NCBI GenBank assembly: GCA_038214015.1
Contig: JBBQSH010000001.1
Coordinates: 1,407 to 65,406 of the forward strand
Direction: 5' to 3'
From: Ignavibacteriales bacterium
GTDB lineage: Bacteria; Bacteroidota; Ignavibacteria; Ignavibacteriales; Ignavibacteriaceae
DNA: 64,000 bases
This document shows positions 55,250 through 64,000 of this stretch, one piece after another. The first letter of the stretch is position 1. Every line of letters begins with the position of its first letter. The notes under the pieces are model-generated. The model searched no databases, had not been told where the DNA came from, and worked only from the letters and a program-made list of their open reading frames with translations. A program made the position numbers and the translations under genes.

Positions 55250-56023
55250 TTGAGTTCGTTTTTTTCTCGTTTGCTTAAATATTTTGGCGTTCGGGAAGAA
55301 AGTAATAATTCCCACCAGGTTAAAAGAATACTTACGCCACAGAAGTTTGCCGAATTAGAAAAAATAATCGGTTTTCCAATCAAACATAAATCCCACTACA
55401 TCCAGGCATTAATGCACAGATCTTTTCTCGAAGAACTTGAAGATGATGATACTTCGAATGAGAGATTAGAATTTTTAGGAGATTCTGTACTAAGCGTTGT
55501 TGTAGCTGAATATCTTTTTGAAAATTTTCCAAAAGAGAATGAAGGTTTCCTAACAAAGGTAAGGTCTAAACTTGTAAATAGATTTGCCCTATCAGATGCG
55601 GCTGAGGATATAGGATTAGCAAATTTTATATTGATAAATCACAACTTAAGTAACACTTTTGCCCGTGCTTCTAAAACCGTTCTATCTGATGCTTTTGAAG
55701 CCATTGTTGGGGCAATCTATTTGGATCATGGACTGGAAATTTCTAAGAAATTTATCCACAGAGTTTTGATCGAACCATTGACAAAAGATGGTGATTATTT
55801 GATCGATGAGAATTATAAGAGTCAGCTTTTAGAATATGCCCAGGCAAATAAAATAGATGTGCCGAATTATATAGTTTTAAAAGAAGATGGGCCCCAACAC
55901 GATAGAGTCTTTACAATAAAAGTAAATATTGGAGAGGAATATGTTGGAATAGGAAAAGGAAAGAACAAGAAAACTGCCGAACAAAATGCCGCAAAAGCTG
56001 CGCTCGAAAAAATTCCACACTAA
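55250..56023 (+). CDS. rnc: ribonuclease III
   Basis: ERLEFLGDSVL signature and a C-terminal dsRBD (GKGKNKKTAEQNAAKAAL). Non-ATG start per the track. Confidence 0.9.
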   Translation: MSSFFSRLLKYFGVREESNNSHQVKRILTPQKFAELEKIIGFPIKHKSHYIQALMHRSFLEELEDDDTSNERLEFLGDSVLSVVVAEYLFENFPKENEGFLTKVRSKLVNRFALSDAAEDIGLANFILINHNLSNTFARASKTVLSDAFEAIVGAIYLDHGLEISKKFIHRVLIEPLTKDGDYLIDENYKSQLLEYAQANKIDVPNYIVLKEDGPQHDRVFTIKVNIGEEYVGIGKGKNKKTAEQNAAKAALEKIPH

Positions 56024-56101
56024 GAATCCTGTAAACTTAAAACGATAAAAAATTGCACTAAAATATCCAGTTTACCCAATCAGAATTACATAGATTTTCC
56101 T

Positions 56102-56109
56102 TAATTTTG
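56102..56109 (+). promoter_or_regulatory. candidate -7 promoter element TAnnTTTG
   Basis: TAATTTTG lies 53 nt upstream of the gcvP ATG. Confidence 0.25.
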
Positions 56110-56162
56110 CGTAACAAAATTAACGTCGTTTTTAATACTGAAAAATAAATAAGAGAATTATA

Positions 56163-59060
56163 ATGCAATCCTTTCAACATCCTGATGTATTTGAATCACG
56201 CCACATAGGACCAAGTACTGATGAAATTAATGAGATGACTAAGTTATGTGGGGTCAATTCAGTTGATGAATTAATTGATCAAACCGTACCTGCAAATATC
56301 CGCCTTAAGAATAAATTACAATTAGATGAGCCTTTAAGTGAATTTGAATTTGTTAAGCACTTAAAAAGTATTGCAGAAAAAATCAAAGTATTTAAAAGTT
56401 ATATCGGAATGGGATATTATCCTTCTATCCTTCCTTCAGTAATACAAAGAAACATTTTAGAAAATCCGGGCTGGTACACTCAGTACACACCATATCAAGC
56501 TGAAATAGCTCAAGGCAGATTAGAAGCATTACTTAATTTTCAAACTGTAGTTACAGATCTTACAGCACTGCCCATAGCAAACGCTTCTCTACTTGATGAA
56601 GCAACCTCTGCTGCTGAAGCTATGGTTATGTTTTTCAATAACACAAAAAAAAATAAAGCTAACTCGAATAAATTTTTTGTTTCTAATGAGGTTTTTCCAC
56701 AAACAATTGATGTTTTGAAAACACGATCTATACCTTTGGGAATTGAATTAGTTATTGCTGATCATAAAACAGTAGAACTCACTAATGAATATTTTGGATT
56801 GTTAGTTCAATATCCAGCACTTAACGGTGAGATCTATGATTACACAGAATTGTTTTCTAAGGCTACTGTTTTTGGAATATTAAAAGTTGTTGCCGCTGAT
56901 ATTTTAAGCCTTACTCTTCTTACTCCTCCTGGAGAATTTGGTGCTGATTGTGCTGTGGGTAGCACTCAACGTCTTGGAATTCCTATGGGATTTGGCGGAC
57001 CACACGCGGCTTATTTCGCTACCAAAGAAGATTTTAAAAGAGTTATTCCCGGAAGAATTATTGGTGTTTCTGTAGATTCACAAGGAAACAGAGCACTTAG
57101 AATGGCGTTACAAACTCGTGAACAGCATATCAAACGTGAAAGAGCCACGAGCAATATTTGTACTGCACAGGTTTTACTTGCCGTTTTGGCTGGAATGTAT
57201 GTTGTTTATCATGGTCCAAAAAATCTTAAGTCAATTGCTGAGAGAATAAATAACCTTACTAAAGTTTTAAGCAATGGTATAACTGAATTAGGTTTAATAC
57301 AGGTTAACAAAAATTATTTTGATACCATAACTTTAAAGGTTGATAAAAACCTTCTTGAAAAAGTTAAGAGTGAAGCAATAAAGAAGGAGATAAATTTAAA
57401 TTACTTTATTGATGGTCATATATGTATTTCATTAAACGAAGTTACTTCGTTTGAGGATGTAAAAGAATTGTTACAAGTTTTTGCTAAGGCTTTTGGAAAA
57501 CAGATTGTTAATAAAACTGAAAAAGATTTTCAAAATAATTTAACATCATCTATTGATGAAAAATTTGTCAGGGTAACTAAATATTTAGAACATCCGGTTT
57601 TTAATTCTTATAAATCTGAAACGGATATTTTAAGATATATGAAATATCTTGAAAATAAAGATTTATCTCTTGTTCATTCTATGATTGCACTTGGCTCCTG
57701 TACAATGAAATTAAATGCAACAACTGAAATGCTTGGTGTTACTTATCCGGAGTTTGGTAACATTCATCCATTTGCACCCAAGGATCAAGTATTAGGTTAT
57801 CTGGAATTAATTAGTTCCTTGGAAAAAGATCTTGCCGAAATAACAGGATTTTCAGGGGTATCACTTCAGCCAAATTCCGGTGCACAAGGTGAGTATTCGG
57901 GCTTATCAGTCATCAAAGCATATTTAGATGATAAAGGTGAAGAACACAGAAATATTACACTAATTCCATCATCAGCACATGGAACAAATCCTGCAAGTGC
58001 TGTAATGGCAGGTATGAAAGTAGTTGTGGTTAACTGTGATGATAAAGGAAATATTGATGTAACTGATCTCCGTGCAAAGGCTGAACTGCATAAAAATAAT
58101 CTTGCAGCATTGATGGTAACTTATCCATCAACTCATGGTGTGTTTGAAGAATCGATTAATGAGATTTGCGAAATTATTCATCAGAATGGCGGGCAAGTTT
58201 ATATGGATGGTGCAAACATGAATGCACAGGTTGGATTAACAAGTCCTGCCGCAATTGGTGCAGATGTTTGTCATTTAAATTTGCATAAAACATTTTGCAT
58301 TCCTCACGGCGGCGGCGGACCTGGAGTTGGACCTATTGCTGTTGCAAAACATTTGGTCCCTTTTTTACCCGGACATTCTGTTGTTGATATTTCAAAAGCT
58401 AAATCAATCCATGCAGTTGCAGCGGCACCGTTCGGTAGTTCAAATGTTATTATAATTTCATATGCTTATATAAAAATGATGGGTGAAACTGGATTAACTA
58501 ATGCTACAAAAGCTGCTATCCTGAATGCTAATTACATAAAGGCAAAGTTAGAACCATACTTCAAAGTATTGTATTCAGGCTCTAATGGAAGAGTTGCGCA
58601 CGAATTAATTTTTGATATGCGAGAGTTTAAACATTCAGCTCACATAGAAGTTGAAGATATTGCCAAAAGATTAATGGATTATGGTTACCATGCTCCAACT
58701 GTTTCATTTCCTGTTGCAGGTACTTTAATGATTGAGCCAACAGAAAGTGAACCAAAAGCTGAGATGGATAAATTCTGTGATGCTCTAATTAACATTCTGG
58801 CAGAAATAAGAGAAATTGAAAATGGTAAAGCAGACCAGAAAAATAATGTGCTGAAAAATGCACCGCATACTGCACAAATGGTTATTGCTGATAATTGGGC
58901 TTATCCCTACGGTAGGGAAAAAGCTGCATACCCTGTTCATTGGACACGATTTAACAAATTCTGGCCAAGTGTTAGCAGAGTTGATAATGCTTATGGTGAT
59001 AGAAATCTTGTTTGCAGTTGTTTACCTGTTTCTGAATACGCTGAAGAAACAGTTAATTAA
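56163..59060 (+). CDS. gcvP: glycine dehydrogenase (decarboxylating), single-chain P protein
   Basis: 965 aa with [21 protein letters not shown] and [16 protein letters not shown] (PLP Lys). Confidence 0.93.
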   Translation: MQSFQHPDVFESRHIGPSTDEINEMTKLCGVNSVDELIDQTVPANIRLKNKLQLDEPLSEFEFVKHLKSIAEKIKVFKSYIGMGYYPSILPSVIQRNILENPGWYTQYTPYQAEIAQGRLEALLNFQTVVTDLTALPIANASLLDEATSAAEAMVMFFNNTKKNKANSNKFFVSNEVFPQTIDVLKTRSIPLGIELVIADHKTVELTNEYFGLLVQYPALNGEIYDYTELFSKATVFGILKVVAADILSLTLLTPPGEFGADCAVGSTQRLGIPMGFGGPHAAYFATKEDFKRVIPGRIIGVSVDSQGNRALRMALQTREQHIKRERATSNICTAQVLLAVLAGMYVVYHGPKNLKSIAERINNLTKVLSNGITELGLIQVNKNYFDTITLKVDKNLLEKVKSEAIKKEINLNYFIDGHICISLNEVTSFEDVKELLQVFAKAFGKQIVNKTEKDFQNNLTSSIDEKFVRVTKYLEHPVFNSYKSETDILRYMKYLENKDLSLVHSMIALGSCTMKLNATTEMLGVTYPEFGNIHPFAPKDQVLGYLELISSLEKDLAEITGFSGVSLQPNSGAQGEYSGLSVIKAYLDDKGEEHRNITLIPSSAHGTNPASAVMAGMKVVVVNCDDKGNIDVTDLRAKAELHKNNLAALMVTYPSTHGVFEESINEICEIIHQNGGQVYMDGANMNAQVGLTSPAAIGADVCHLNLHKTFCIPHGGGGPGVGPIAVAKHLVPFLPGHSVVDISKAKSIHAVAAAPFGSSNVIIISYAYIKMMGETGLTNATKAAILNANYIKAKLEPYFKVLYSGSNGRVAHELIFDMREFKHSAHIEVEDIAKRLMDYGYHAPTVSFPVAGTLMIEPTESEPKAEMDKFCDALINILAEIREIENGKADQKNNVLKNAPHTAQMVIADNWAYPYGREKAAYPVHWTRFNKFWPSVSRVDNAYGDRNLVCSCLPVSEYAEETVN

Positions 59061-59131
59061 ATTATCTGAACTATTTTATTTTGTAAGATTTTATAAAATC
59101 AAATAATTGAATTAGAAAACAATAACGCTTA

Positions 59132-60478
59132 GTGTTTAAAAATAAAACAAAATTATTTATAGTATTTGCGCAAATCGTTATTGTTTTCTCTTCGCCAAAC
59201 TATTCTCAAAGTACCGATTCACTTTTCAATTCTGAATTATATCCATTTATAGTTGATTCAATTGCAATAACTGGAAATGAAAAGACAGAGGAGTTTATAA
59301 TTTTAAGAGAGTTAAACTTTTTTGTTGGCGATACTTTATCAAAAGTTCAATCATTTTATAATCGGGAAAGAGTTTACAGCTTAGGAATATTTAACCATGT
59401 TTACTTCATTCCAACTATTATAGAATCAAAAAGAATTTTAACAATTGAAGTTGAGGAAAGCTGGTACATCTATCCAATTCCTTTTTTAGATGCTAGAGAT
59501 GGTGATCTAAAAAAACTAACGTATGGAATTTTTTTGCGGATGATGAATTTTAGGGGAAGGAACGAAGACCTTACTGCAAGTATTAGGATTGGTTATGATC
59601 CTTTATTTTCTTTGGGATATTATAATCCTAATACAATTGGAAATGAAAATATTTTTGTTGGAGCTCGTGTTGGTTATGCTGATATTTCAAACAGAAGTGT
59701 TACAGCAGAGAAACTTTATGGAAAACCTTTTTCACAAAAATCTATTAGCGCAAATTTAACTGTGGGAAAAAGATTTGGATTGTTCAATCGTTTTTATATA
59801 AATACAGGTTACAACTATATTGAAACGCCATTCTATATTTCAGGTATTAACGCATCAGATGATAGGATCGATAATCTTGTTGAGTTAGGATTTGGATTTG
59901 AACACGATACACGTGACCTGATACAATTTCCCACAGATGGAATATTTTCCAGCCTTACCTATGTGCAAAGAGGTTTAGGCTTAGATAATATAAACTATGG
60001 TATTACAAGAATTGATTTTAGAGAATACAGAGAAGTATTTGAGAAACTGATTAGTAAGTGGAGATTTACATCTCGCTTTACTATCGGAAGCGGTGTTCCA
60101 TATTATGATTACTCCAGACTTGATGGCGGAGAAAAAATAAGGGGACATTATAACGAAAAGTATGAAGGAAACGATTATTATTTTGGATCATTGGAATTTT
60201 ATTATCCAATTATAAAAGAGTTAAATGTTGATTTAACCTTTATTCCTATCATTCCGGATGCACTTTTATCTTACAGAGTTGGCTTTTATACACAAATATT
60301 TGCTGAAACAGGATTAGCAAAATTAAGACATGAGTCTTTTGCAATAAACAAATTTAATTCAGGTTACGGATTTGGAATTACATTACTAATTTTACCTTAC
60401 CAAGTTTTAAGAGTTGAAGCAGCATTTAATGAACAATTAAAATCACAATTTATTTTTGATCTTGGAGTATCTTTCTAA
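59132..60478 (+). CDS. Omp85/BamA-like outer-membrane protein (one POTRA domain plus a surface-antigen beta-barrel)
   Basis: Signal peptide, a POTRA-like segment (VDSIAITGNEKTEEFIILRELNFFVGDTL), a beta-barrel pattern, and a terminal ...FDLGVSF. Confidence 0.75.
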   Translation: MFKNKTKLFIVFAQIVIVFSSPNYSQSTDSLFNSELYPFIVDSIAITGNEKTEEFIILRELNFFVGDTLSKVQSFYNRERVYSLGIFNHVYFIPTIIESKRILTIEVEESWYIYPIPFLDARDGDLKKLTYGIFLRMMNFRGRNEDLTASIRIGYDPLFSLGYYNPNTIGNENIFVGARVGYADISNRSVTAEKLYGKPFSQKSISANLTVGKRFGLFNRFYINTGYNYIETPFYISGINASDDRIDNLVELGFGFEHDTRDLIQFPTDGIFSSLTYVQRGLGLDNINYGITRIDFREYREVFEKLISKWRFTSRFTIGSGVPYYDYSRLDGGEKIRGHYNEKYEGNDYYFGSLEFYYPIIKELNVDLTFIPIIPDALLSYRVGFYTQIFAETGLAKLRHESFAINKFNSGYGFGITLLILPYQVLRVEAAFNEQLKSQFIFDLGVSF

Positions 60479-61157
60479 CATAGAACTATATTATTGTTCT
60501 TCTGTATCAAAGGATGAAAAAACATTTCAACTTGTTGATGAAGAATATCATCACGCAACAAAGGTAATGCGAAAGCAAATAGGAGATTCCTTATTTGTAA
60601 CAAATGGTAAAGGTCAAATTATTGAAGGCCTAATCAATTCTCTCGATAAGAAAAGCATTTATGCTAAGGTTGTAAAATCTTATAGTTACAAAGACGGATT
60701 AAGCAATTTTATATTTTGCATTCCCAATCTTCGAAATCCGGACAGATTTAAATTTGCCCTAGAAAAGTGCGTTGAGTTGGGAATAACAAATTTTGTTCTA
60801 TTTAATTCTGAGCGAAGTGTAAGTAAGAGTTTTAATATTGATAGAATAAATAAAATATTATTAGCCGCAATGAAGCAATCACTGCAATCATATTTACCAA
60901 AAGTTGAAATCTATGATTCGGTATTAAAGTTTGGGGAATTAAAAGCTGTAAAAGTTTTATTCGAACAGAACTCTGAGAATAAATTAGTTAATCAGATATT
61001 TGATGAAACAAAGAATTATTATCTGATATTTGGTCCCGAAGGCGGCTTTTCGGAAAAAGAAATGTTGGATATACAACCCACTGTAACTTTAAATCTTGCA
61101 GAAAATAGATTAAGATCTGAAACTGCAATTATAAAAGCTGCATCTTTTATATCTTAA
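60456..61157 (+). CDS. rsmE: 16S rRNA (uracil1498-N3)-methyltransferase
   Basis: EEYHHATKVMRKQIGDSL (PUA-like N-domain) and IFGPEGGFSEKE...LRSETA (SPOUT knot). TTG start overlapping the upstream gene. Confidence 0.85.
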   Translation: MILEYLSNIELYYCSSVSKDEKTFQLVDEEYHHATKVMRKQIGDSLFVTNGKGQIIEGLINSLDKKSIYAKVVKSYSYKDGLSNFIFCIPNLRNPDRFKFALEKCVELGITNFVLFNSERSVSKSFNIDRINKILLAAMKQSLQSYLPKVEIYDSVLKFGELKAVKVLFEQNSENKLVNQIFDETKNYYLIFGPEGGFSEKEMLDIQPTVTLNLAENRLRSETAIIKAASFIS

Positions 61158-61166
61158 TTTTTTTGA

Positions 61167-61604
61167 ATGAAAAAATCATCAAAATATTATCTGTTTTTAA
61201 TTTTATTGTTTGGACTTTTTTATGGCTGCAGTTCAGCTACAAGGTATTCAAGAACAAATGATAATTCGGAGAATGAATCCAGGGGTAGTGATTTGGCTGC
61301 GTTAGAGATTGAAACCGGAACTGCATCTTTTTATGCCGATGAATTCGATGGGAAAAGGACAGCGAATGGTGAAGTTTATGATATGAATGATTTAACAGCA
61401 GCACATCCTTCATATGCATTTAATACTATCGTTAAAGTAACTAATCTTTCAAACGGTAAAAGTGTTGAAGTACGAATCAATGATCGTATGCCGAAATTTA
61501 AAGGAAGAATTATAGATTTATCTATTGCAGCAGCTAAGAAAATAGAAATGGTTAGTGCTGGAATTCAGGAAGTAAAATTAGAAGTAATTAATTGGGGCAA
61601 ATAA
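61167..61604 (+). CDS. rlpA: RlpA-like lipoprotein (DPBB domain)
   Basis: Lipobox LFYGCS, and GTASFYADEFDGKRTANGEVYDMNDLTAAHPSYAFNTIVKVTNLSNGKSVEVRINDR. Confidence 0.85.
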   Translation: MKKSSKYYLFLILLFGLFYGCSSATRYSRTNDNSENESRGSDLAALEIETGTASFYADEFDGKRTANGEVYDMNDLTAAHPSYAFNTIVKVTNLSNGKSVEVRINDRMPKFKGRIIDLSIAAAKKIEMVSAGIQEVKLEVINWGK

Positions 61605-61617
61605 AATTATAATAAAA

Positions 61618-61639
61618 AACCCGGCTGATATACCGGGTT
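61618..61639. terminator. hairpin terminator between convergent genes (T-run only on the minus strand)
   Basis: AACCCGG-CTGATATA-CCGGGTT preceded by A6 on the plus strand. Confidence 0.65.
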
Positions 61640-61658
61640 AAATTGTTTAAGTTTATAA

Positions 61659-61988
61659 CTATATTTTTTTCCAAAGGCCAGTTTTGATAATGTCATATTT
61701 CATTTTTTGTTTACTATCCAGTAAACTCTCAACCTTAGTTTGAGCTGATTTAACATACTCGGATTTATTTTCTGGTTTAGATGAAGTATTTTTTTGTAAC
61801 TCGGTCATTATAGAAAGTACCTTTGTTTCCTGATCATTACTTAACAAAACTTTTTGTTTTAATATTGAAGTAAATTCCTTTATTGTTTTATCATCTTGAA
61901 TGACAGTTTTTGATAGGAGATTATTAACTCCGAAAATCAATATCAATGATATTATCAACAAAAATTTATTTAATCTTAAAGTGTTCAT
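61659..61988 (-). CDS. hypothetical secreted protein
   Basis: Signal peptide followed by a Lys/Glu/Ser-rich helical region. No family recognised. Confidence 0.5.
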   Translation of the reverse strand: MNTLRLNKFLLIISLILIFGVNNLLSKTVIQDDKTIKEFTSILKQKVLLSNDQETKVLSIMTELQKNTSSKPENKSEYVKSAQTKVESLLDSKQKMKYDIIKTGLWKKI

Positions 61989-62066
61989 TATTTTCTCCTT
62001 TTAAATCATGTTACTATGAAAACTAATTTTATTGCTAATTAAATACAACTTAAATCAACTTCTTTT

Positions 62067-62987
62067 ATGCAAGATCCATTCCAACTCAAAGCATTAAAAC
62101 AAATTGAGTTTTTAACTCAAAAATTGATAAAAACTGGATTTTCTGTTTCCAAGCCGGATAAAAAATTGTACAACTATGAAATAATAGTGAACAGCAATAA
62201 AGAGCAGGCAAAATTGTTAGTTTATTTTGGCAAGAAGGGTATAAAAAATGTTATTCAAGCAAAACCTGAATCAAAACTATCCAAAGAATTAAATACGATT
62301 GTATTTGGTGAAACTTTTTTTGAATCTGAGCAAAAGAATGAAATTAAGTTCGTTGAATACATCGGTACAGATGAATCCGGTAAAGGTGATTATTTTGGAC
62401 CATTGGTTGTTGCTGCCGTTTATGTTGATGAGAAAACAACAATGGAGTTGGAAGAAGCTGGAGTTAAAGACAGTAAATTAATTACCGATTACAATATTAA
62501 AATTATCGAATCAAAGATTAAAAAAATTATTGGTGATAAATTTGAAATAGTTCAAATTAATCCTGAAAAGTATAACAAACTTTATGAGTCTTTTAATAAT
62601 TTAAATAAAATTATGGGTTGGGCTCATTCTAAAACGATTGAAAATCTGATAGAGAAAATAAATTGTCCAAATGTAATTAGTGATAAGTTTGGTAATGAAA
62701 AACTTATTAAAGATGAATTAAGGAAAAAAAATATCAATTTAAATCTTTATCAAACTCCAAAAGCAGAAAGATATACGGCAGTTGCGGCTGCATCGATATT
62801 AGCCAGAGCAAAAGTTGTTGATTGGTTTAATATTAAAAGCAGGGAAGTGGGATTTCAAATTCCTAAAGGTGGTGGCTCTTCAGTTAATATTTCCGCAAAG
62901 CGTGTTTTGAATCAATTTGATGATAATTATTTAATGAAAATGATTAAATTTCATTTTAAAAATTCACAAAGTATTTTTAAGAAATAA
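62067..62987 (+). CDS. rnhC: ribonuclease HIII
   Basis: GTDESGKGDYFGPLVVAAV catalytic motif, an N-terminal ~90-aa extension typical of HIII, and AASILAR. Confidence 0.85.
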   Translation: MQDPFQLKALKQIEFLTQKLIKTGFSVSKPDKKLYNYEIIVNSNKEQAKLLVYFGKKGIKNVIQAKPESKLSKELNTIVFGETFFESEQKNEIKFVEYIGTDESGKGDYFGPLVVAAVYVDEKTTMELEEAGVKDSKLITDYNIKIIESKIKKIIGDKFEIVQINPEKYNKLYESFNNLNKIMGWAHSKTIENLIEKINCPNVISDKFGNEKLIKDELRKKNINLNLYQTPKAERYTAVAAASILARAKVVDWFNIKSREVGFQIPKGGGSSVNISAKRVLNQFDDNYLMKMIKFHFKNSQSIFKK

Positions 62988-63006
62988 AAGGATTATAAAA
63001 GTAAAA

Positions 63007-64000
63007 ATGGCAAAGAAGAACAGTATAAGAAGAATTGGAATTTTGACGGGTGGAGGTGACTGCCCCGGATTAAATGCAGTAATTAGAGGTGTAACTAAAC
63101 CAGCGGAAGATTATGGAATGTCGGTTTATGGAATCATAGACGGCTTCGAAGGATTAGTTGAAGGAAAAGCCAAAGAATTGAGCAATGCAGATGTTTCCGG
63201 AATTCTTTCAAGAGGTGGTACAATTTTAGGGTCCTCAAATAAAGGCGATCCATTTCATTGGCCTGTAGAAGTGAATGGTAAAATCGAAATTCAAAATAAA
63301 TCAGAGGCTGCTTTAAAAAATTATAAATCTTGGGGACTTGATGCACTCATAGCAATCGGCGGCGACGGTACGATGCATATTTGTAACAAACTATCCAAGA
63401 TGGGGATGAACATTGTTGGGGTACCTAAAACAATTGATAATGATCTTGAAGCAACGGACCAAACATTCGGACATGATTCTGCAGTTTACGTAGTCTCTAT
63501 GGCATTAGATAGACTTCACACGACTGCTTCCTCGCATCACAGAGTTATAGTTGTAGAAGTTATGGGAAGATATGCAGGCTGGATTGCTTTGAATGGTGGT
63601 CTTAGTGGTGGTGCCGATATTATTCTAATTCCGGAAATTCCATTTTCATGGGATAAAGTAGCTGAAAAAATTCACGAGCGTGAATTGATGGGAAAAAGAT
63701 TTTCTTTGGTTTGTGTGGCTGAAGGTGCAAAACCCCTGGGCGGTGAAATAGTCACCAGAGGCAGTGATATTAAAAGAACAGATCCTGTTCAACTTGGCGG
63801 CATTGGAAAAGTTGTAGCAGATAAAATTGAAGAAATGACAGGAAAAGAAACACGGGTAACGATTCTTGGACATCTTCAAAGAGGTGGAAGTCCCACTCCG
63901 TATGACAGAATATTAGCCACGAAATTTGGAGCATTCGCGATAGATTTAGTTGCCAATCGTAAGTTTGGAAGAATGGTTTCACTGAGAGGAAATGAAATAA
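63007..64000 (+). CDS. pfkA: 6-phosphofructokinase, short form, partial (runs off the window end)
   Basis: My own translation from the ATG at 63007 gives MAKKNSIRRIGILTGGGDCPGLNAVIRG...IGGDGTMH...VPKTIDNDL...MGRYAGWIAL...GHLQRGG, open to position 64000. Confidence 0.88.
   Translation, partial: MAKKNSIRRIGILTGGGDCPGLNAVIRGVTKPAEDYGMSVYGIIDGFEGLVEGKAKELSNADVSGILSRGGTILGSSNKGDPFHWPVEVNGKIEIQNKSEAALKNYKSWGLDALIAIGGDGTMHICNKLSKMGMNIVGVPKTIDNDLEATDQTFGHDSAVYVVSMALDRLHTTASSHHRVIVVEVMGRYAGWIALNGGLSGGADIILIPEIPFSWDKVAEKIHERELMGKRFSLVCVAEGAKPLGGEIVTRGSDIKRTDPVQLGGIGKVVADKIEEMTGKETRVTILGHLQRGGSPTPYDRILATKFGAFAIDLVANRKFGRMVSLRGNEI

Noticed and set aside
56024-56162. Possible glycine riboswitch upstream of gcvP
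   Set aside because: I could not find the conserved GGAGAG / CACCG-type cores or tandem aptamer architecture. The region is simply AT-rich. A covariance-model scan would settle it.
59061-59110. AT-only palindrome GATTTTATAAAATC after gcvP considered as a terminator
   Set aside because: The stem is all A-T with no loop, and its predicted stability is too low to call.
1-64000. CRISPR arrays, tRNA/rRNA genes, prophage or integrase genes, and classical IS elements
   Set aside because: I scanned the intergenic regions longer than 100 nt by eye. No regularly spaced direct repeats, no cloverleaf-like GC-rich segments and no integrase/recombinase ORFs were seen. The only transposase-like gene is the RAYT, which lacks IS ends.

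Overview
AT-rich chromosomal segment (roughly one-third G+C by eye, not computed), densely coded, with no rRNA, tRNA or CRISPR array seen. Gene content plus repeated TAnnTTTG promoter-like motifs suggest an FCB-group bacterium, possibly Ignavibacteria- or Bacteroidota-like; this is inference only. Most of the window is housekeeping. That includes plsC-gatC-kdsB, pcrA, two phosphofructokinase paralogues, an NSS transporter, lexA and dinB, cysE-cysK, and an acyl-CoA/B12 cluster (carboxyltransferase, acyl-CoA dehydrogenase, meaB). It also includes nadD, the yceD-rpmF-plsX-fabHDG-acpP-fabF-rnc operon, gcvP, a BamA-like protein, rsmE, rlpA and rnhC. The region most worth follow-up is 16928-31501, a tightly packed same-strand nine-gene cluster that looks like a synthase-dependent (pga/bcs/pel-type) exopolysaccharide machine with unusual parts. 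Those parts are a KaiC/RecA-type ATPase with a possible degenerate GGDEF-like tail, a TPR plus beta-barrel porin, a PgaC-like processive GT2 synthase and a small single-pass charged protein. They continue with two paralogous proteins carrying a GATase1-like domain and a degenerate NodB-like domain, an FN3 lipoprotein, and a PAS hybrid kinase whose ATP-binding domain looks degenerate. A secreted GH9 endoglucanase lies just upstream. Second priority is an unannotated 26-codon ORF ending HCCCPHCCC, 82 nt upstream of cysE-cysK, a candidate cysteine-sensing leader peptide. Smaller items are a RAYT gene flanked by inverted REP-like hairpins, a missed 36-aa MetS-like small subunit after the NSS transporter, and a missed rpmF. 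Others are a candidate LexA operator, two toxin-antitoxin pairs (DUF433/DUF5615 and MNT/HEPN), and a Cys-rich protein translationally coupled inside the fab operon. All functional calls come from motif recognition by eye; no database search was run.
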